A DNA stretch of 64,000 bases, taken from assembly GCF_006345805.1 (NCBI RefSeq), contig NC_043003.1:20460001-20524000 (forward strand). The letters run 5' to 3'. The position numbers were made by a program, and so were the translations under genes. The notes beneath the pieces were generated by a model that saw only the letters and a list, made by a program, of their open reading frames with translations, made no database searches and was not told the DNA's origin. Every line of letters begins with the position of its first letter. The first letter of the stretch is position 1. Positions 40,209-52,879 of the stretch are shown piece after piece. The stretch comes from Octopus sinensis. Its lineage: Eukaryota.

Positions 40209-40639
40209 ATGTGTGTGCTCGTGTAGTTTATTTAAACAGGCCTGACCGTAGGGAACCAGACCACAACTGCAATAATTCGATGCGTCACTTCGCTCCACTT
40301 CATTTGAAGCAAATCTAATAAGAATAATACTAGTAAGGGCTCCATAAACTCCCTTTTGGGAAATATTAAAGACCTTACAATTGCTTAACCCTCACCCCTC
40401 TCTCTTTCTCTATGTAGTATACTATCGTCTGCCAGCGCCGGCTATCGTCTGCCATCACCCAATGTCCTGCACGATCGCTTGCTTTTCCTTGCTGTTGTTT
40501 ACGAATGTCATACTCTGCTATCGCTTTCTTGCCTATCTCTAATGTTGGCTAACAGCCATCTTTTTACGTCCTATAATCCAATTATTCTTCCTTATGTTTC
40601 TAGATTCTTCGAGACATTAGTTTTAATTATAATTTAATA

Positions 40640-40865
40640 TCTCGATATACATGGTCGCCGTCGTCGTCGTCAACACCATCAGCGGCAGCTGCCGCAGGAG
40701 CCTCAGCAGTATCAGTAATTACATCGTCGTTGTTCATCGTAGTTGTGATTGTCTTCTATGATGATCATCAACAATATGAGCATTCTTCGTCATCTTTTAC
40801 TATTAACCCCCACCATTACCATCACTATCAGCACCACTACCACCACCATCACCACTACCTCCATT

Positions 40866-40896
<31 letters not shown>

Positions 40897-41260
40897 ACGT
40901 CATCATCATCGTATTCATGATGATAATGATGATCATCATCATCATCAATCATTATCATAATCATTGCTACCTCCAATAGCACCACCACTACCACTACCAC
41001 CACCACCAACACCACCACCACCATCACCACCACAACTGCCACCTGCACCAGCACCGCCAGCACCACCAGCACCATCACCAGCACCACCACCACAACTACC
41101 ATCACCACCATCACCACCATCATCACACCACCACCACCACCACCACCACCACCATATGTAATACAACCACTATCGTCACTATAATCATCATAAAATAGGC
41201 TTTCGTCGTCGTCGTCATCATCACCGTCATCATCATCATCATCATCATTATCATCATTAC
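40640..41260. repeat. Compound trinucleotide low-complexity tract (CAT/CAC/CAG/CGT)
   Basis: Direct inspection; source of the poly-His and poly-Pro ORFs. Confidence 0.9.
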
Positions 41261-41534
41261 CGCTAAAACTCTCTTTGAGACCGCCACTTTTATTATAGAT
41301 GCTGGACCGAGCTTTTGCTCATCTTCCAGGCGGTGGACTGTCAGAATCATTACAACGTATGTCAAAATGCTTGGCTCTATTTCTTCCAGCTATTCACGTT
41401 CTGAGTTCAAATCTTGTTCAGCTCAATTCTGCATTGCATTCGTCCGAGGTTTTTAAAATAAAATGCCAGTCAAGAAATGCCAGTCGATTTGATCGATTAT
41501 CCTCCTCCCCCAAAATTCTTCAGGACAGTGGAAG

Positions 41535-41660
41535 AAGCAGGGAATTGCTGGTGCAATGAAATGAAGTGTTTTGCACAAGAGCACAACGCACCACTGGTCT
41601 GGGAATCGAACCTAGGAACTTGTGATCATGAGTGTAATACGCAAAGCACTTTCCACACAC
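41535..41660 (-). mobile_element. SINE-B 5' part
   Basis: gtgaaatgaagtgttttgcacaagagcacaacgc-like segment followed by gggaatcgaacc. Confidence 0.55.
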
Positions 41661-41716
41661 TCCCTCTCACACACACTCACATACACACACGTGTGTATAT
41701 ATATATGTGTGTGTAC

Positions 41717-41747
<31 letters not shown>

Positions 41748-41824
41748 ATATATATATACACATATATATAATATATATATATATATATAATATATATATA
41801 TATAATATATATACACATATATAT

Positions 41825-42165
41825 ACATCAACATTAGCGGTTGGGAGGCAGTCGCCGGCAACCGTGGAGAATGGCGACGTACAGTAAAAGAGGGTATACA
41901 GAGGAGTGACAGAAAGAGAGAGGAGAAATGGAAAGAAGGAAGAGACATAAACAAGAGACCATGGCACTACATCAGCCAGGAACAGTCTTCGCTACATTTG
42001 CAGTACCTGCCAGAGGGAGTGTTTGTCCAGGATAGGACTACACAGCCACAGCAAGAAATGTAACAGGAAATAAAATATAACAGCCGGACTAGACCTAGAA
42101 AAAAAAAAAAAAAATGCGCAACTCCATTGTCTCCCGAGACAGAAAGGATGCCAAAACAAAAAACA
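41825..42165 (+). mobile_element. RTE-clade LINE 3' end
   Basis: INISGWEAVAGNRGEWRRTVKEG, then after a frameshift YICSTCQRECLSRIGLHSHSKKC* (RTE C-terminal Cys/His motif); 3' UTR ccattgtctcccgagacagaaaggatgcc. Confidence 0.8.
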
Positions 42166-42405
42166 ATATATATGTGTGTGTGTATGTGTATATACATAAA
42201 TATATATACATGTACATACATATACTTACACGCATATGTTTCTACATACGTACATGTATGTATACATATACGCAAAGGTATTCTTGTATTGAAAATTATT
42301 TATTAATTCTTCAAAACATAGTTATTACTCGTTCCATGCATTTTGTTCAATGTTGATTCACTTATATCAATTCTTATATATTTTATTTTCATTTCTATAT
42401 TACAG

Positions 42406-43004
42406 ACCCTGGAAAACTCCATGATGGTCCAAATGAACAGATCGCCATATTACTCAGGAGAAGCTATGGCGCTGCTCTTGAGCCGATTCGGCTACTATTG
42501 GGTTAGCTTTATTTATCAAGACACCTATTTGGAAGACGGATTCTACACTAGGTTTCTGGAAGAAGGAGGATTATACGGTGTAAGAATGTATCTGAATGTA
42601 AGCGTTTCCCACGCCGATAACTGGATGATATTACAAGATAAACTGAAAAAAATTCAACAAAGTGCCTTCAAAATTGTTGTTATACACTGCGACGTGTTCC
42701 TTATGAAGCGTGTGGTTCAAATAGGAAAACTCCTTAATCTTTTCTCGCACAATTATGCCTGGTTTTTATCTGATTTTGCCACTGAACACAATCAATTGGC
42801 CGATTATAGTTTACCTGTCGGTCTTGTGGGTCTTGAGAGATCGAGGCCGTACGGTTATGTAACGCAGTTGGAGAATATACTTCGGACTATAGTCCAGCAT
42901 TTCCAGTCTGACGGTATATCAGATTTAGCGTATCGGGAATTCTCGCTAAGTGACGTTGTAAATGATTCATATATTTTCAATACCAGTTCTGTAAGATGGT
43001 CAAG
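42406..43004 (+). CDS. Internal coding exon, amino-terminal (ANF-receptor/PBP type 1) domain of a probable NMDA-type ionotropic glutamate receptor subunit
   Basis: Open non-repetitive frame TLENSMMVQMNRSPYYSGEAMALLLSRFGYYWVSFIY...LKKIQQSAFKIVVIHCD...LNLFSHNYAWFLSD...LPVGLVGL...WSR. Polypyrimidine acceptor ttttattttcatttctatattacag ends at 42405 (phase 0); donor AAG|GTAAGA at 43004/43005 (phase 2). Motif spacing recalls the GluN1/2/3 ATD (e.g. GluN1 LNMTGSGYVWLV, GluN3A LPLGLIA). Family call is from memory; other class C/ANF-domain receptors are not excluded. Confidence 0.8.
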
Positions 43005-43767
43005 GTAAGAGTCATAAAATTTAAAATTTCGATTTATCTATTGTAAAAATCTGTCAAATCTTTATTGCTAAATTTCAAATATAAATGTCATACAATTTTC
43101 AGGATGTACGCTGATACACATATGCATATAAAGCATGCACACAATATATGTTCATACGTTCACACAAAGACAAATCTGTGCATACACTCATAAATACAAA
43201 TGAACAGTGACTAATTGGGCAGTATATCTGGCTGCCAGCATCTACAGACGAAATGAAACAAACTGGGATGAAAAAGAAATGTAAATTCAAACCGCAACAT
43301 TGCACTACTTACGATTCGCCACCACATGTAAGATGCTAATGAACAAATCTGAAGCACCATTGAAATTACTCTAGATACTGACTGTTATATATGTAAATAT
43401 ATATATATATAAACTGAGGGAAAAGCTTGATTCTAAACAAATTGAAATTGATGAGACCTAACTAGTTTGAAATAAGAATTCTTTCATAAGAGACCCACAG
43501 ATTTTCTATATGGCACTACAGATCTTAGTTTCTCGGCAACTTTAAGTGTCTAAGCGTATTCTCACAAATAGAATTAATTCGTTTAGATACTCTGCAGTGT
43601 GTGACTTGGTTGGAAGTCTTAATTATAATTACTACGATCGTAGTTCAATTCGGTACTGAATACACTTTGTTTTGTGGAGGTTGTCGTTGTTTAACTCCAA
43701 GCCAGCCTTTACTAAATAGAACGACGGTCAAAGGCACCTTATATATCTTATACACACAAACACACAG

Positions 43768-43816
<49 letters not shown>

Positions 43817-44249
43817 GTGTGTGTGTGCGTGAGTATGTAATATATATATATATATGTGTGTGCACACACATTTTATACATACATACACATATACCACACA
43901 CACATATACACACATACAAATACATACACACATATATAAGTGGAGGAAAGTGGAGTTTATGGTATACCTTTATTCCACGGTTTACAGTTGCTTCAAGAGA
44001 CGGAGGTGACCAATCACATATTACATCTCTAAACGTCGATGGTGACGTCTGTTGAGTCATGCATATTATATAAGTTGTTACTTCGGAACTGATTAAATTA
44101 CGTAATACAGGAAACCATATGGTTGCTCGCTTAAATAAGAACCATTTAGCATTTATTGAAAGGGGCTTCTACTAAAACTGAAATTTAACTGAGGTCAGCA
44201 AGAAGAGGGAGGTCGGCCGAATGTATTTGTTGATATTATAATAAATTAA

Positions 44250-44465
44250 GGCGGCGAGCTGGCAGAATCCATAAGCACGCTGGGTAAAATGCTTTGCTCC
44301 ATTTTGTCCGTCTTTACGTTCTGAGATCAAGCTCCGCCGAGGTCAGTTTTGGCTTTCAGCCTTTCGGGGTCGATAAAATAAGTACCAGTTGGATACTGAA
44401 GTCAATGTACTCGACTTACTCCTTCCCCTAAACTTCAGGCCTTGTGCCTATAGCAGAAAGGATAT
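44250..44465 (+). mobile_element. SINE-D monomer
   Basis: ggcggcgagctggcagaatc...cctttcggggtcgataaaataagtaccag...ggccttgtgcc. Confidence 0.8.
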
Positions 44466-44556
44466 GACAAACAATTAGAAATCAGTTGGTTCTAGGCAGA
44501 TTTAAGTGTAATAATTCCTTGCTTACTATATATAGATGTACTTGCGTGCGCGTATG

Positions 44557-44646
<90 letters not shown>

Positions 44647-45446
44647 GCTGTGTACTAAGAAGTCTGCTTCTCAACCACAGGGTGGCATGTTGGGCAAGTG
44701 TCTTCTACTATTTGTACGTATGTATGTATTTATGTATGTATGTATCTACCTCTGTATGTATGGGTTAGGCTATTCAATGCCTTTGTCTATGTTTACGCAT
44801 CTGGGCGTGAGTTTAGAGACATTTGACTCTGAATTCAATGAAGTCTATCTACCGTTAGAGGCTTTCTTGCAAGATAGACTAGATTCCTGAAAGGTTAATA
44901 TATGTTAATCAATGGATAAAGATTAACTAAACACAGTGCAACAAGAATTGAAATATAACTTTTAGGATAGGTAGTATACAGGCATCATATCGATTTAATT
45001 AACTGGGCTTCTCGTCACCAGACACTGCAAAGTTGTATACGGAAACTGAATCAAAACCAAAAACAAAACAGAAAAAACATAACGCTCATAAAGACAAAAT
45101 AACGGAAAGGCATAGACTAAAAACATTCCATGAATTGAAAATTTATTAGGAAATATAAGTCAATTGAACTAAAATTACGTTGCAGGAATGTTTACATGTA
45201 ATATATACTATTCAGTATTCTTTTCATGTCGCTATAAAATCGATATTTAAACATACGCTGAAATCAATATGAAGGCGTGTTTAAAGTTATTCGTAAAAAC
45301 TGTCCACTAGGAAGAGAGTGAAAACGAGGCTAGTAAACATTCACATGTACACTTTATAGATCATTTGTTGTAGCAAAATATCGTGCGACGAAGTTCGACG
45401 GCCATTTGAAATATGTTCAAATATGTATATGTATCTGCGTGTTTAG

Positions 45447-45660
45447 GGCGGTGAGCTGGCAAAATCGTTAGCACGTCAGACAAAATTCTTAGCAGCATTT
45501 CGTCCGCTTTTATGTCCTGAGTTCAAATTCCGCCATGGTCGACTTTACGTTTTATTCTTTCTGAGTTGATAAAATAAATACCAGTTAAGCACTAGCGTTG
45601 ATGTAATCGACGATTCCGCTTCCTTAAAACTAGCTGGCCTGGTGCTAAAATTGGAAAACA
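45447..45660 (+). mobile_element. SINE-D monomer
   Basis: ggcggtgagctggcaaaatcgttagcacg...gagttcaaattccgcc. Confidence 0.8.
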
Positions 45661-45749
45661 ATAAGTATCTGCATGTACGTATATTTTGTTGTTAATTCTA
45701 TCAGATCGATTTAACGTTTATAGGAACCCTTGGTAGATATTCTAGATTC

Positions 45750-46062
45750 CTTATTTCTTTATTGTCCTCAAAGGGCTAAACACAGAGAGGACAATCAAGG
45801 ACAGACAAACGGATTAAGTCGATTACATCGACCCCAGTGCGTAACTGGTACTTAATTTATCGACCCCGAAAGGATGTAAGGCAAAGTTGACCTCGGTGAA
45901 ATTTGAACTCAGAACGTAGCAGCAGACGAAATACCTATTTCTTTACTACCCACAAGGGGCTAAACACAGAGAGGACAACCAAGGATAGACAAACGGATTA
46001 AGTCGATTATATCGACCCCAGTGCGTAACTGGTATTTATTTAATCGACCCCGAAAGGATGAA
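45750..46062 (-). mobile_element. SINE-D dimer, 5'-truncated (tailB twice)
   Basis: Junction at ~45928. Confidence 0.85.
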
Positions 46063-46298
46063 ACATAGAGCCTTGTATTTTTGTTGGAAACCGGCTTCCT
46101 CCTCAGTGGAAGAATTATGACAATTAAAAAATAGAAGTGACACACATACACACACACACATAACATATATATGTGTAAACGTCGTGTGTGTGTGTGTGTG
46201 TGCGTGTATGATTATATATATAATACATTACATACACATATATATATATATGTGTATATATTAGTGTTGCGCACTAATATATATATATATATAATATA

Positions 46299-46351
<53 letters not shown>

Positions 46352-46667
46352 TGCGCAACGCATGTGTCTAAGTGAATCAATGCAGGTTGAAAAGACGTTT
46401 GCAAATGAAATTATACTGGCTATTAAAATAAATACATAATACAGCCTCAATGAAATTTTGAAAAATACACCATTTGGGCTTTTACTGCTTATACACTCTA
46501 TATTATTGGGAGATTGCATTAACTACGCAAAGGCACTCAGTTTGTTTGGTAAGACTCTGGATATTAGTGCTTGAATTAAACAAAATCGATACGAGTAATA
46601 GATTTGAAATTTAACTAAAATATAGTGTTATAGTTATTGTAGTAATAGTTACTTTCATATTGTAATT

Positions 46668-47066
46668 ATTCTTTTCTACTCTAGGCACAACGCCTGAAAT
46701 TTTTGGGGAGGGACCCAGTCTATTAGATCGGCCCTAGTACGCAACTGGTACTTAATTTATCAACCCCGAAAGGATGAAAGGCTAAGTCGACCTCGGCGGA
46801 ATTTGAACTTAGAACGTAAAGACAGACGAAATACCTATTTCTTTACTACCCACAAGGGGCTAAACACAGAGATGACAAACAACGACAGACAAACGGATTA
46901 AGTCGATTATATCGACCCCAGTGCGCAGCTGGTACTTATTTAATCGACCCCGAAAGGATGAAAGTCAAAGTCAACCTCGGCGGAATTTGAACTCAGGACG
47001 TAGCGGCAGGCGAAATACCGCTGAGCATGTCACCCGGTGCGCAAACGTTTCTGCTAGCTCGCCACC
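46668..47066 (-). mobile_element. SINE-D dimer (head-body-tailB-body-tailA)
   Basis: Junction at ~46828. Confidence 0.9.
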
Positions 47067-47256
47067 CTTTCTTATAGTAATTATTACGAAAATATTTTTG
47101 TTCAAATTAATTAGAATAGAGCTGAATAGAAATGAAAAACGTCCAGGGTTACAGCTATTATAAACTGATATAAATGCAAGGCTATAAAAAGACACACAGG
47201 CTTGAAAATAAAATCAAGCTGCGTATTGAAATATGTAGTATATAGATATTTATATG

Positions 47257-47865
47257 CAGCAATCCCTCGACTATTGCGGTTGTTACGTTCCAAAATCCCC
47301 GTGGTAGGTGAAAGTCCGCGAAGTAGAAACAGTATCGTACTATATATATATATATATAGGTGAGAAAGTTGGTGTGTGAAAGCACCTGGTTGAATATATA
47401 GAAAATAGTAAACAATGAAAAAACTACAGAAGGGTTGTTTTAAAAGGTTAAAAAGTATATTTGAGTCATTATGTCAGAAGAATGTTATAAAATTTTTCAT
47501 AGAGTGACATAGTTTTTGAAGAAATTACCGGTTTCGTGTTAACTTTCAAATTTCTCAAAACATCGTGTTATGTCTTCGTTATGAAGTGTAAAGAAGAGTT
47601 CCAGGTAAGGGGAGGTAATAAGTGATTTCTTCCGGTGTAAGGGAGATAATCGCTTCTTTACACTTCATAACGAAGACATAACACGATGTTTTGAGAAATT
47701 TGAAAAGTTAACACGAAACCGGTAATTTCTTCAAAAACTATGTCACTGTATGAAAAAATTTTATAACATTCTTCTGACATAATGACTCAAATATATTTTT
47801 TAACCTTTTAAAACAAGCCTTCTCTACTATTTTCACTTTTTACTATTTTCTATATATATACTGTG
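47257..47865. mobile_element. Tigger/pogo-like foldback derivative containing a ~200-bp-arm inverted repeat
   Basis: Terminus cagcaatccctcgactattgcgg...gtgaaagtccgcgaagtag resembles TcMar-Tigger ends (from memory); arms at 47395-47596 and 47653-47856 are seen directly; matching right terminus is absent. Confidence 0.6.
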
Positions 47866-48069
47866 TCACTTTGAAATCTATATATTTTCGACAGTGGTTC
47901 AGTAGCGACATCTAGCCAACCAAGCTACTCCACACTGATAAAGAGCAATAAGCCAGAAACCGGTCCGTGGTTGTGAGGCTGTGCTGGGTGGAGGTACTAA
48001 TCTTCCCTGTTCGAAAATATAACACAAATTTTTTTGTGTCGTATAGTCAGCTGAAACGATGTTTCCTGT

Positions 48070-49253
48070 GGAAAGTACCAGTTGCGTGCTGGAGTCGATC
48101 TAATCGACTCACCCCTACCCCAAAATTTCGGGCTTTGTGCCTAGAGCAAATAAGAATATTTTGCTTGATTTTATTATCAAGAGCCTCTTCGTTTTTCAAT
48201 ATGAATATCAGTTGCTCCTCTCCTCTCGAGTAGATTCGGTAGCAAGTTGATGCTACCGACTTCTGTTGGCTGCGAGTTTTCTCTGCTCCCATTCATCTAA
48301 ATTATCTATACATATGTATGGATGTACGCATGTATGTATGTATGTATGTATGTATCTACGTATGTATGTACGAATTACGGAATGTATAGGGCATATGTAT
48401 GTTTATGCATACATGTGTAGGTGTGTGTACGTCTATCAGCCTCTTTCATGCCGGCTATATTTTAACGGTATTTACATATGTCAATTATATATTGTGGCAT
48501 TATTGCTCTCTAAACCTGACCTCTTTCAATTTACGAAGTCCTTTGCCAATCGTATTGCCCACAAGGAATATTTTCGTTATGGACATGAAATATTTATTTT
48601 TCTCATGTATATATATAATATATATATATATATAACGGGAAGCTTTATGAAAATAAACAAAAAACGAAGGCAGGTGGAATACAAACAAACAATTGTATTA
48701 GTATGCCGCTCAGGAATATAAATAAAACAAGTCTTTTATATATATATATATCACCGTGATCACCGTGACCGTCCAGGCTATCACACACAGATATAGATAT
48801 TCACACATACACACATATACATATATGTGTGTGTGTTGATTGAGTGTCTAATGTCACTCTCTGACTGGCCATAACAAGCAACCTTCTAAACACACACACA
48901 CACACACACACACGCACGCGCGCGCGCACACACACACACTCGTACACATAGCTATGTATATGCATACATATGTATGCATATCTATGTATATGTATGTATG
49001 TATGTACTTACGAATGAATGAATGTATAGGGCATCTGTATGTTTATGTATTTATGTGTGTGTGTGTGTGTATGTATATGTGTGTGTACGGATAGATGTGG
49101 GGAAAGAATAGATAGCAGTTTTAGGCGTGAATTGTACGATCCTATAAACATTTTCTAATCTGTTTTCTTGTAACATATTAGTAATTCAATTTCTGGCAGT
49201 GTGTGTATGCATTCGTGTGTTTCTAAGTGTCAGGGAGAGTGAGAGAGAGAGGA

Positions 49254-49346
<93 letters not shown>

Positions 49347-49491
49347 AAAAGAGAGAGAGAGAGGGATGGTGTCGGGAATGGGGAAACAGACAGATACAGA
49401 ATGCGTATATGTGCGTGGTATCTGTGTTTGTGATAGTATGTGTTTTCGTAGATACAATTTCATGAAGCATCATCAGTATGCATGTGTGTTT
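48070..49491 (+). repeat. 1.4-kb direct duplication, copy 1
   Basis: Colinear with 50309-51706 from ggaaagtaccag to catgtgtgttt. Confidence 0.9.
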
Positions 49492-50308
49492 CATTTTGGA
49501 CATTACTCTGACTGTGGCAGCTTTCATAGAATCTTGGTGCTATGGGCATGGTCATTGACCTCTCTCTCAACAACGCTCCACATCTAATAGTTCAGTGGAT
49601 TGAGATCTGGAGAATTAGGAGGCCAAATGTTAGGAGGTTGTGATCATGAAAATTTTCAGCCATCCATTCCTGTGTTATTAGAGCCATGTGTGATAGTGCA
49701 GAGTCTTACTGAAACACATATGGTCTTCCATTGCATACACTATCTATTCAGGGCTTAACAATTATTTCCAGGACTTCAATGTAGACAGCAGAGTTAACTC
49801 TCAGGCCTTGTGGAAAGAAGTAAGGAGGCGTATCATGTCCTTCATTGCTGGCAACCCTTAAAACCATGACAGTTGTAGGACATTTTGTATGTATAACACT
49901 TAGAACTTCGGAAGGTCTGCACATAACCATCTGTCATTCTTCTGTTAACTTTTTGATCTAGGTCGCATATTTTCTCGGTTGAGAAAAAACCAAATCAAAT
50001 CTTCTGCTGGATTTTTCAGTCTGTTTAAGACCCTTTCAGATCTGTTTTGGTGACTTTCTTTTGCTTTTTGTGACAAATTGACCTTTTCTCAACATATAAG
50101 ACTTATATCTGATGTCTTTGTGGACAGCATTTCTGACTGTTTTTTCTGAGATCTTTTGCAATTGACCTCTTTGTGTTTCTGGAATTGTAATCAATGGTCT
50201 GATGAACTCGTTGGATAAATTCAGGTGTTCTGATTATTTCAGAGCATTTAGAATTCTTTTTCTACTTTGATACTGGTGATACGTTTTGATCTTCAGCTAC
50301 TTTCACGG
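49492..50308 (-). mobile_element. Tc1/mariner maT-type (DD37D-like) transposase fragment lacking both termini
   Basis: Minus strand: IRTPEFIQRVHQTID, KTVRNAVHKDIRYKSY, HTKCPTTVMVL, FFPQGLRVNSAVYIEVLE, RPYVFQ*DSA, IWPPNSPDLNPLNY, TKDSMKAATVRVMSKM. Confidence 0.85.
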
Positions 50309-51706
<1,398 letters not shown>

Positions 51707-52109
51707 GTTTGGAGTGTGTTATGTTTGATGAGATCTCAACAAGCATGATAAACAATATTAACAGCTGTCTGAAAGATGACAGTTTATGTAACGAGTGATT
51801 GAATCATACACGTTCGATGCTCAATCACGCTGTATACCGCGCAGTGTATGTTACAGAGCGATGCTTAAGATTTGATTCACATCGAATTTGACACCAGTGA
51901 ATCAATCAATCATTATTAATTCATAATGATTTCGACAGAAGATGTAAGTATATAACTGATATTTGTACGGGCTACGAGAGACTCTCTAAGTAGTCGCTGA
52001 ACCTGTTTGAAATGGTGGTCAAATATACCACAAATTACGCTCTGTTGCACTGAAATGCGAAAATAACGGTATGCATGTGTTTCTACGTGCAAAAATGTCT
52101 AAAAAGGAC

Positions 52110-52400
52110 GGGATCCTGACCAGATGAACGTCAAGTGGCGCTCATGGCAGCGTCCTTGCATGCTCTTTGAAGTATGAGAAGTGTTTCGTCCCCCGTTTTA
52201 CCCCAGCAGAAAACAGAATTTCGCAGAAGCACGCTGTCCCTTCGTTCCAGCCATCGCAAAAATCGACGAACTGGGGAGAAAGACTGCAAAACAAAGACGC
52301 ACTCCAAGACGGTTCGACTCGTCAAATTATTTTATGTCTTGCTACATACATCTACATCCTTCAGCAAATGTTTTCAATTAATTAACATTCACAACAGCAA
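52110..52400 (-). mobile_element. mariner 5' fragment
   Basis: ATG at 52254 (minus) gives MAGTKGQRASAKFCFLLG, then after a frameshift KTGDETLLILQRACKDAAMS, matching the mariner N-terminal EQR..KFCF.LGK..ET pattern. Confidence 0.6.
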
Positions 52401-52879
52401 CATTCTTTTGTACACACCATGTTCAGCGATCGTTTAAAAGTTGTAAAACGATAAATTGTTTTTGTATGAAAAATTGAATTATGTCTTCTGAATTTTGTCG
52501 AAGCTTGACTTTCTTCACCGTCACATTCAATCCTGAATTTTATAACATTTAGTACATGTTCAAAATAAATGTTGACTTTCTGTACTTTATTACACTGATG
52601 TTGCATAGTAATTTTTGCTAAATTGGTGACTTTCCGACGCTGGACTATTTATTTAGGAAATATTCGCTTTAAAAAAATTTTATAGCGTCACTATGCTACA
52701 GAAAGTATGTTTTGCACCTATATTGACTACATTTCGTTTTGCTTGAACTTCGTGTGCGTATGTTCTGCTGTCTTTAGTATTATCAATTCTATGAGTGTAT
52801 ATTTGTCTGTGAGTGTGTATGTGTTTCAGCGTTCGTTACGTCTTAGTAAACTATAATAAAATACATTTTACACCATTTT

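Noticed and set aside
40730-41365. Poly-His, poly-Pro and poly-Gly ORFs near the exon
   Set aside because: Trinucleotide low-complexity tract; no splice signals or domain content linking it to the receptor.
43598-47990. Candidate next exons at AG sites 43598, 44769, 45360 and 47895
   Set aside because: With the required phase 2 they hit early stops or lack a good donor or acceptor. 45360 gives RSFVVAKYRATKFDGHLKYVQ, only vaguely ATD-like, and runs into a SINE.
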